From the NCBI GenBank assembly GCA_964016885.1, contig OZ024744.1, positions 92,256,001-92,320,000 of the forward strand: a DNA stretch of 64,000 bases, given 5' to 3'. This stretch comes from Eledone cirrhosa (Eukaryota). The notes under the pieces are model-generated. The model was not told where the DNA came from and made no database searches. It saw only the letters and a list, made by a program, of their open reading frames with translations. Below are positions 54,401 to 64,000 of this stretch, one piece after another. How positions within the stretch are numbered: position 1 is the stretch's first letter; every line of letters begins with the position of its first letter. The position numbers and the translations under genes were made by a program.

Positions 54401-57400
54401 CAGCATTCTTTTACCGGTTTCAGTCATTGGAATGTGGCCATGCTGGGGCACTGCATTCTTTTACTGGTTTCAGTCATTGGACTGTAGCCATGCTGGGGCA
54501 CTGCCTTCTTTTACTGGTTTCAGTCATAAAACTGTGGCCATGCTGGGGCACTGCATTCTTGGACTGGTTTATGTCATTTGACTGTGGCCATGCTGGGGCA
54601 CTGCATTCTTTTACTGGTTTCAGTCATTAGACTCTGGCCATGCAGGGGCACTGAATTCTTTTACTGGTTTCAGTCATTGGAATGTGGTCATGCTGGGGCA
54701 CTGCATTCTTTTACCGGTTTCAATCATTGGAATGTGGCCATGCTGGGGCACTGCATTCTTTTACTGGTTTCAGTCATTGGACTGTAGCCATGCTGGGGCA
54801 CTGCCTTCTTTTACTGGTTTCAGTCATAAGACTGTGGCCATGCTGGGGCAATGCATTCTTGGACTGGTTTCTGTCGTTTGACTGTGGCCATGCTGGAGCA
54901 CTGCATTCTTTTACTGGTTTCAGTCATTGGACTGTGGCCATGCTGTGGCACTGCCTTCTTTTACTGGTTTCAGTCATTAGACTCTGGCCATGCTTGGGCA
55001 CTGCCTTCTTTTACTGGTTTCAGTTACTAGTCTGTGGCCATGCTGGGGCACTGCCTTCTTTTACTGGTTTCTGTCATTGGACTGTGGCCATGCTGGGGCA
55101 CTGCATTCTTTTACTGGTTTCAGTCATAAGACTGTGGCCATGCTGGGGCACTGCCTTCTTTTACTGGTTTCAGTCATTAGACTGTGGCCATGCTGTGGCA
55201 CTACATTCTTTTACTGGTTTCAGTCATTAGACTGTGGCCATGCTGTGGCACTACATTCTTTTACTGGTTTCAGTCATTGGACTGTGGCCATGCTGGGGCA
55301 CTGCCTTCTTTTACTGGTTTCAGTCATTGGACTGTGGCCATGCTGGGGCACTGCCTTCTTTTACTGGTTTCAGTCATTGGACTGTGGCCATGCTGGGGCA
55401 CTGCCTTCTTTTACTGGTTTCAGTCATTAGACTGTGGCCATGCTGGAGCACTGCCTTCTTTTACTGGTTTCAGTCATTAGACTGTGGCTATGCTGGGGCA
55501 CTGCCTACTTTTACTGGTTTCAGTCATTGGACTGTGGCCATGCTGGGGCACTGCCTTCTTTTACTGGTTTCTGTCATTAGACTGTGGCCATTCTGGGGCA
55601 CTGCCCTCTTTTACTGGTTTCAGTCATTAGACTGTGGCCATGCTGGGGCGCTGCCTTCTTTTACTGGTTTCAGTCATTAGACTGTGGCTATGCTGGGGTA
55701 CTGCCTACTTTTACTGGTTTCAGTCATTGGACTGTGGCCATGCTGGAGCACTGCCTTCTCTTACTGGTTTCAGTCATTAGATTGTGGCCATGCTGTGGCA
55801 CTGCCTTCTTTTACTGGTTTCTGTCATTAGACTGTGGCCATGCTGGGGCACTGCCTTCTTTTACTGGTTTCTGTCATTAGACTGTGGCCATGCTGGGGCA
55901 ATGCATTCTTTTACTGGTTTCAGTCGTAAGACTGTGGCCATGCTGGGGCACTGCCTTCTTTTACTGGTTTCAGTCATTAGACAGTGGCCATGCTGGGGCA
56001 CTGCATTCTTTTGCTGCTTTCTGTCATTTGACTGTGGCCATGCTGGGTCACTGCATTCTTTTACTGGTTTCAGTCATTGGACTGAAGCCATGCTGGGGCA
56101 CTGCCTTCTTTTACTGGTTTCTGTCATTAGACTGTGGCCATGCTGGGGCACTCCCTTCTTTTACTGGTTTCAGTCATTAGACTGTAGCCATGCTGGGGCA
56201 CTGCCTTCTTTTACTGGTTTCAGTCATTAGGCTGTGGCCATGCTGGGGCACTGCCTTCTTTTACTGGTTTCAGTCATTGGACTGCGGCCATGCTGGGGCA
56301 CTGCCTTCTTTTACTGGTTTCAGTCATTAGACTGTGGCCATGCTGGAGCACTGCATTCTTTTACTGGTTTCAGTCATTGGACTGTGGCCATGTTGGGACA
56401 CTGCCTTCTTTTACTGGTTTCTGTCATTAGACTGTGGCGATGCTGGGGCACTGCCTTCTTTTACTGGTTTCAGTCATTAGACTGTGGCCATGCTGGAGCA
56501 CTGCCTTCTTTTACTGGTTTCAGTCATTAGACTGTGGCCATGCTGTGGCACTGCCTTCTTTTACTGGTTTCTGTCATTAGACTGTGGCTATGCTGGGGCA
56601 CTGCCTACTTTTACTGGTTTCAGTCATTGGACTGTGGCCATGCTGGAGCACTGCCTTCTTTTACTGGTTTCAGTCATTAGACTGTGGCCATGCTGGTGCA
56701 CTGTCTTCTTTTACTGGTTTCAGTCATTGGACTGTGGCCATGCTGGGGCACTGCCTTCCTTTACTGGTTTCAGTCATTAGATTGTGGCCATGCTGGGGCA
56801 CTGCCTGCTTTTACTGGTTTCAGTCATTGGACTGTGGCCATGCTGGGGCACTGCATTCTATTACTGGTTTCAGTCATTGGACTGTGGCCATGCTGGGGCA
56901 CTGCATTCTATTACTGGTTTCAGTCATTAGACTGTGGCCATGCTGGGGCACTGTCTTCTTTTACTGGTTTCAGTCATTGGACTGTGGCCATGCTGGGGCA
57001 CTGCCTTCTTTTACTGGTTTCAGTCATTGGACTGTGGCCATGCTGGGGCACTGCCTTCTTTTACTGGTTTCAGTCATTGGACTGTGGCCATGCTGGGGCA
57101 CTGCCTTCTTTTACTGGTTTCAGTCATTAGACTGTGGCCATGCTGGGGCACTGCATTCTTTTAATGGTTTCAGTCATTAGACTGTGGCCATGCTGGGGCA
57201 CTGCCTTCTCTTACTGGTTTCAGTCATTAGACTGTGGCCATGCTGGGGCAATGCATTCTTTTACTGGTTTCAGTCGTTAGACTGTGGCCATGCTGGGGCA
57301 CTGCCTTCATTTACTGGTTTCAGTCATTTGACTGTGGCCATGCTGTGGCACTGCATTCTTTTACTGGTTTCTCTCATTTGACTGTGGCCATGCTGGGTCA

Positions 57401-60400
57401 CTGCATTCTTTTACTGGTTTCAGTCATTGGACTGTAGCCATGCTGGGGTACTGCCTTCTTTTACTAGTTTCAGTCATTAGACTGTGGCCATGCTGGGGCA
57501 CTGCCTTGTTTACTGGTTTCAGTCATTAGACTGTAGACATGCTGGGGCACTGCCTTCTTTTACTGGTTTCAGTCATTAGACTGTGGCCATGCTGGGGCAC
57601 TGCCTTCTTTTACTGGTTTCAGTCATTGGACTGTGGCTATGCTGGGGCACTGCATTCTTTCACTGGTTTCAGTCATTGGACTGTAGCCATGCTGGGACAC
57701 AGCATTCTTTTACTGGTTTCAGTCATTGGACTGTGGCCATGCTGGAGCACTGCATTCTTTTACTGGTTTCAGTCATTAGACTCAGGCTATGCTGGGCACT
57801 GCATTGTTTTACTGGTTTCAGTCATTAGACTCTGGCCATGCTTGAGCACTGCCTTCTTTTACTGGTTTCAGTCATTGGACTGTGGCCATGCTGGGGCACT
57901 GCATCCTTTTACTGGTTTCAGTCATTAGACTGTGGCCATGCTGGGGCACTGCATTCTTTTGCTGGTTTCAATCATTGGGCTGTGGCCATGCTGGTGCTCT
58001 GCATCCTTTTACTGGTTTCAGTCATTAGACTGTGGCCATGCTGGGGCACTGCCTTCTTTTAATGGTTTTAGTCATTGGACTGTGGCCATGTTGGGGCACT
58101 GCATTATTTTACTGGTTTCAGTCATTGGACTGTGGCCATGCTGGGGCACTGCATCCTTTTACTGGTTTCAGTCATTAAACTGTGGCCATGCTGGGGCACT
58201 GCATTCTTTTACTGTTTCAGTCATTAGACTGTGGCCATGCTGGGGCACTGCCTTCTTTTAATGGTTTTAATCATTGGACTGTGGCCATGTTGGGGCACTG
58301 CATTATTTTACTGGTTTCAGTCATTGGACTGTGGCCATGTTGGGGCACTGCATCCTTTTACTGGTTTCAGTCATTAGACTGTGGCCATGCTGGGGCACTG
58401 CGTTCTTTTACTGGTTTCAGTCATTACACTGTGGCCATGCTGGGGCACTGTCTTCGTTTACTAGTTTCAGTCATTAGACTGTGGCCATGCTGGGGCACTG
58501 CCTTCTTTTACTGGTTTCTGTCATTAGACTGTGGCCATGCTGGGGCACTGCCTTCTTTTACTGGTTTCAGTCATTGGACTGTGGCCATGCTGGGGCACTG
58601 CATTCTTTTACTGGTTTCAGTCATTGGACTGTGGCCATGCGGGGACACTGTCTTCTTTTACTGGTTTCTGTCATTAGACTGTGGCCATGCTGGGGCACTG
58701 CCTTCTTTTACTGGTTTCAGTCATTGGAATGTGGCCATGCTGGGGCACAGCATTCTTTTACCGGTTTCAGTCATTGGAATGTGGCCATGCTGGGGCACTG
58801 CCTTCTTTTACTGGTTTCAGTCATAAGACTGTGGCCATGCTGGGGCACTGCATTCTTGGACTGGTTTATGTCATTTGACTGTGGCCATGCTGGGGCACTG
58901 CATTCTTTTACTGGTTTCAGTCATTAGACTCTGGCCATGCAGGGGCACTGCATTCTTTTACTGGTTTCAGTCATTGGAATGTGGTCATGCTGGGGCACTG
59001 CATTCTTTTACCGGTTTCAATCATTGGAATGTGGCCATGCTGGGGCACTGCATTCTTTTACTGGTTTCAGTCATTGGACTGTAGCCATGCTGGGGCACTG
59101 CCTTCTTTTACTGGTTTCAGTCATAAGACTGTGGCCATGCTGGGGCAATGCATTCTTGGACTGGTTTCTGTCGTTTGACTGTGGCCATGCTGGGGCACTG
59201 CATTCTTTTACTGGTTTCAGTCATTGGACTGTGGCCATGCTGGGGCACTGCCTTCTTTTACTGGTTTCAGTCATTAGACTCTGGCCATGCTTGGGCACTG
59301 CCTTCTTTTACTGGTTTCAGTTACTAGTCTGTGGCCATGCTGGGGCACTGCCTTCTTTTACTGGTTTCAGTCATTGGACTGTGGCCATGCTGGGGCACTG
59401 CCTTCTTTTACTGGTTTCAGTCATTAGACTGTGGCCATGCTGGAGCACTGCCTTCTTTTACTGGTTTCAGTCATTAGACTGTGGCTATGCTGGGGCACTG
59501 CCTACTTTTACTGGTTTCAGTCATTGGACTGTGGCCATGCTGGGGCACTGCCTTCTTTTACTGGTTTCTGTCATTAGACTGTGGCCATGCTGGGGCACTG
59601 CCCTCTTTTACTGGTTTCAGTCATTAGACTGTGGCCATGCTGGGGCGCTGCCTTCTTTTACTGGTTTCAGTCATTAGACTGTGGCTATGCTGGGGCACTG
59701 CCTACTTTTACTGGTTTCAGTCATTGGACTGTGGCCATGCTGGAGCACTGCCTTCTCTTACTGGTTTCAGTCATTAGATTGTGGCCATGCTGTGGCACTG
59801 CCTTCTTTTACTGGTTTCTGTCATTAGACTGTGGCCATGCTGGGGCACTGCCTTCTTTTACTGGTTTCTGTCATTAGACTGTGGCCATGCTGGGGCACTG
59901 CATTCTTTTACTGGTTTCAGTCGTAAGACTGTGGCCATGCTGGGGCACTGCCTTCTTTTACTGGTTTCAGTCATTAGACAGTGGCCATGCTGGGGCACTG
60001 CATTCTTTTGCTGCTTTCTGTCATTTGACTGTGGCCATGCTGGGTCACTGCATTCTTTTACTGGTTTCAGTCATTGGACTGTAGCCATGCTGGGGCACTG
60101 CCTTCTTTTACTGGTTTCTGTCATTAGACTGTGGCCATGCTGGGGCACTCCCTTCTTTTACTGGTTTCAGTCATTAGACTGTAGCCATGCTGGGGCACTG
60201 CCTTCTTTTACTGGTTTCAGTCATTAGGCTGTGGCCATGCTGGGGCACTGCCTTCTTTTACTGGTTTCAGTCATTGGACTGCGGCCATGCTGGGGCACTG
60301 CCTTCTTTTACTGGTTTCAGTCATTAGACTGTGGCCATGCTGGAGCACTGCATTCTTTTACTGGTTTCAGTCATTGGACTGTGGCCATGTTGGGACACTG

Positions 60401-60720
60401 CCTTCTTTTACTGGTTTCTGTCATTAGACTGTGGCGATGCTGGGGCACTGCCTTCTTTTACTGGTTTCAGTCATTAGACTGTGGCCATGCTGGAGCACTG
60501 CCTTCTTTTACTGGTTTCAGTCATTAGACTGTGGCCATGCTGTGGCACTGCCTTCTTTTACTGGTTTCTGTCATTAGACTGTGGCTATGCTGGGGCACTG
60601 CCTACTTTTACTGGTTTCAGTCATTGGACTGTGGCCATGCTGGAGCACTGCCTTCTTTTACTGGTTTCAGTCATTAGACTGTGGCCATGCTGTGGCACTG
60701 CCTTCTTTTACTGGTTTCTG
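48500..60720. repeat. ~3.8-4.3-kb higher-order repeat in about three copies (right domain)
   Basis: Offset 3849 (50485/54334, 51141/54990, 53335/57184), offset 8196 (49343/57539, 49736/57932, 49986/58182), offset 3997 (55784/59781, 56234/60231) and offset 4348 (48987/53335). Confidence 0.9.
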
Positions 60721-63700
60721 TCATTAGACTGTGGCCATGCTGGGGCACTGCATTCTTTTACTGGTTTCAGTCATTAGACTGTGGCCATGCTGGGGCACTG
60801 CCTTCTTTTACTGGTTTCTGTCATTAGACTGTGGCCATGCTGGGGCAATGCATTCTTTTACTGGTTTCAGTCGTTAGACTGTGGCCATGCTGGGGCGCTG
60901 CCTTCTTTTACTGGTTTCAGTCATTAGACTGTGGCCATGCTGGGGCACTGCATTCTTTTACTGGTTTCTGTCATTTGACTGTGGCCATGCTGGGTCACTG
61001 CATTCTTTTACTGGTTTCAGTCATTGGACTGTAGCCATGCTGGGGCACTGCATTCTTTTACTGGTTTCAGTCATTGGACTGTGGCCATGCTGGGGCACTG
61101 CCTTCTTTTACTGGTTCCAGTCATTAGACTGTGGCCATGCTGGGGCACTGCATTCTTTTACTGGTTTCAGTCATTGGACTGTAGCCATGCTGGGGCACTG
61201 CATTCTTTTACTGGTTTCAGTCATTGGACTGTGGCCATGCTGGGGCACTGCCTTCTTTTACTGGTTCCAGTCATTAGACTGTGGCCATGCTGGGGCACTG
61301 CATTCTTTTACTGGTTTCAGTCATTGGACTGTAGCCATGCTGGGGCACTGCATTCTTTTACTGGTTTCAGTCATTGGACTGTGGCCATGCTGGGGCACTG
61401 CATTCTTTTACTGGTTTCTGTCATTTGACTGTGGCTATGCTGGGGCACTGCTACTTTTACTGGTTTCAGTCATTGGACTGTGGCCATGCTGGAGCACTGC
61501 CTTCTTTTACTGGTTTAAGTCATTAGACTGTGGCCATGCTGTGGCACTGCCTTCTTTTACTGGTTTCAGTCATTAGACTGTGGCCATGCTGGGGCACTGC
61601 CTTCTTTTACGGGTTTCAGTCATTAGACTGTGGCCATGCTGGAGCACTGCATTCATTTACTGGTTTCAGTCATTGGACTGTGGCCATGCTGGGACACTGC
61701 CTTCTTTTACTGGTTTCTGTCATTAGACTGTGGCGATGCTGGGGCACTGCCTTCTTTTACTGGTTTCAGTCATTAGACTGTGGCCATGCTGGAGCACTGC
61801 CTTCTTTTACTGGTTTCAGTCATTAGACTGTGGCCATGCTGTGGCACTGCCTTCTTTTACTGGTTTCTGTCATTAGACTGTGGCTATGCTGGGGCACTGC
61901 CTACTTTTACTGGTTTCGGTCATTGGACTGTGGCCATACTGGAGCACTGCCTTCTTTTACTGGTTTCTGTCATTAGACTGTGGCCATGCTGGGGCACTGC
62001 ATTCTTTTACTGGTTTCAGTCATTAGACTGTGGCCATGCTGGGGCACTGCCTTCTTTTACTGGTTTCTGTCATTAGACTGTGGCCATGCTGGGGCAATGC
62101 ATTCTTTTACTGGTTTCAGTCGTTAGACTGTGGCCATGCTGGGGCACTGCCTTCTTTTACTGGTTTCAGTCATTAGACTGTGGCCATGCTGGGGCACTGC
62201 ATTCTTTTACTGGTTTCTGTCATTTGACTGTGGCCATGCTGAGTCACTGCATTCTTTTACTGGTTTCAGTCATTGGACTGTAGCCATGCTGGGGCACTGC
62301 ATTCTTTTACTGGTTTCAGTCATTGGACTGTGGCCATGCTGGGGCACTGCCTTCTTTTACTGGTTCCAGTCATTAGACTGTGGCCATGCTGGGGCACTGC
62401 ATTCTTTTACTGGTTTCTGTCATTTGACTGTGGCTATGCTGGGGCACTGCCTACTTTTACTGGTTTCACTCATTGGACTGTGGCCATGCTGGAGCACTGC
62501 CTTCTTTTACTGGTTTAAGTCATTAGACTGTGGGCATGCTGTGGCACTGCCTTCTTTTACTGGTTTCAGTCATTAGACTGTGGCCATGCTGGGGCACTGC
62601 ATTCTTTTACTGGTTTCAGTCATTAGGCTGTGGCCATGCTGGGGCACTGCCTTCTTTTACTGGTTTCTGTCATTAGACTGTGGCCATGCTGGGGCACTGC
62701 ATTCTTTTACTGGTTTCTGTCATTTGACTGTGGCCATGCCAGGTCACTGCACTCTTTTACTGGTTTCAGTCATTGGACTGTGGCCATGCTGGAGCACTGC
62801 CTTCTTTTACTGGTTTCAGTCATTAGACTGTGGCCATGCTATGGCACTGCCTTCTTTTACTGGTTTCTGTCATTAGACTGTGGCCATGCTGGGGCAATGC
62901 ATTCTTTTACTGGTTTCAGTCGTTAGACTGTGGCCATGCTGGGGCACTGCCTTCTTTTACTGGTTTCAGTCATTAGACTGTGGCCATGCTGGGGCACTGC
63001 ATTCTTTTACTGGTTTCTTTCATTTGACTGTGGCCATGCTGGGTCACTGCATTCTTTTACTGGTTTCAGTCATTGGACTGTAGCCATGCTGGGGCACTGC
63101 CTTCTTTTACTGGTTTCTGTCATTAGACTGTGGCCATGCTGGGGCACTCCCTTCTTTTACTGGTTTCAGTCATTAGACTGTAGCCATGCTGGGGCACTGC
63201 CTTCTTTTACTGGTTTCAGTCATTAGGCTGTGGCCATGCTGGGGCACTGCCTTCTTTTACTGGTTTCAGTCATTGGACTGTGGCCATGCTGGGGCACTGC
63301 CTTCTTTTACTGGTTTCAGTCATAAGACTGTGGCCATGCTGGGGCACTGCATTCTTGGACTGGTTTCTGTCATTTGACTGTGGCCATGCTGGGTCAATGC
63401 ATTCTTTTACTGGTTTCAGTCATTGGACTGTAGCCATGCTGGGGCACGGCATTCTTTTACTGGTTTCAGTCATTGGACTGTGGCCATGTTGGGGCACTGC
63501 ATTCTTTTACTGGTTTCAGTCATTAGACTGTGGCCATGCTGGAGCACTGCATTCTTTTACTGGTTTCAGTCATTAGACTCTGGCCATGTTTGGGCACTGC
63601 CTTCTTTTACTGGTTTCAGTTACTAGTCTGTGGCCATGCTGGGGCACTGCCTTCTTTTACTGGTTTCTGTCATTAGACTGTGGCCATGCTGGGGCACTCC

Positions 63701-64000
63701 CTTCTTTTACTGGTTTCAGTCATTGGAATGTGGCCATGCTGGGGCACTGCCTTCTTTTACTGGTTTCAGTCATAAGACTGTGGCCATGCTGGGGCACTGC
63801 CTTCTTTTACTGGTTTCAGTCATTAGACTGTGGCCATGCTGTGGCACTGCATTCTTTTACTGGTTTCAGTCATTGGACTGTGGCCATGCTGGGGCACTGT
63901 CTTCTTTTACTGGTTTCAGTCATTAGACTGTGGCCATGCTGGGGCACTGCATTCTTTTACTGGTTTCTGTCATTTGACTGTGGCCATGCTGGGTCACTGC

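Larger units (their letters stand above)
1..64000. repeat. 50-bp satellite DNA tandem array (~1,280 monomers), open at both window edges
   Basis: The monomer TGGGGCACTGC[A/C]TTCTTTTACTGGTTTCAGTCATT[A/G]GACTGTGGCCATGC recurs every 50 bp from base 1 to 64000 in one orientation with no unique sequence. The register drifts by about -61 bp net through 49-bp monomers and rare 48/51-bp monomers. Confidence 0.99.

Noticed and set aside
34-63926. Hundreds of + strand ORFs with the repeating peptide (LDCGHAGALHSFTGFSHWTVAMLGHCILLLVSVIRLWPCWGTAFFYWFQS)
   Set aside because: A 50-bp period cycles through all three frames, so the same peptide appears in overlapping frames. Most ORFs end at the A allele (CAT-TAG) and read through the G allele (TGG). 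Frequent 1-bp indels show no frame conservation.
1-64000. CRISPR array (short palindromic repeats)
   Set aside because: There are no unique spacers because monomers abut directly, and there is no leader or cas gene.
1-64000. All ORFs on + and none on -, as a sign of coding strand bias
   Set aside because: The minus-strand monomer has nearly invariant TAA and TGA triplets that close each frame within 150 bp, so the bias is a trivial consequence of the consensus.
1-64000. G-quadruplex or telomeric repeat array
   Set aside because: There is only one GGGG run per 50 bp, separated by about 46 nt, and no TTAGGG-type repeats.
1-64000. tRNA, rRNA or other structured ncRNA gene cluster
   Set aside because: The monomer is too short, has only a 5-bp stem, and shows no cloverleaf or recognisable pol III A/B boxes.
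1-64000. Whole array as a sequencing concatemer or synthetic artefact
   Set aside because: Heritable, hierarchically shared variants at many scales indicate real evolutionary history, although individual near-identical duplications could still be misassembled.

Overview
The whole 64-kb window is one uninterrupted, single-orientation, head-to-tail satellite array of about 1,280 copies of a 50-bp monomer. The consensus is TGGGGCACTGC[A/C]TTCTTTTACTGGTTTCAGTCATT[A/G]GACTGTGGCCATGC (~50% GC, T-rich and A-poor on +, no CpG). I found no genes, RNA genes, CRISPR spacers, transposon insertions or inversions, and all listed ORFs are translation artefacts of the repeat. The informative signal is in the variant pattern: two dimorphic sites, nested tandem duplications from 100 bp to about 10 kb, and three domains (an indel-rich left flank, a homogeneous core and a more diverged right flank). 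Each monomer carries a CAGTC-N4-GACTG stem-loop. Read on the minus strand, the monomer looks like the 3' end of a retroposon, and from memory it resembles the 3' terminus of an abundant octopus SINE-like repeat. This suggests a eukaryotic satellite amplified from a SINE 3' end, which needs a database check.
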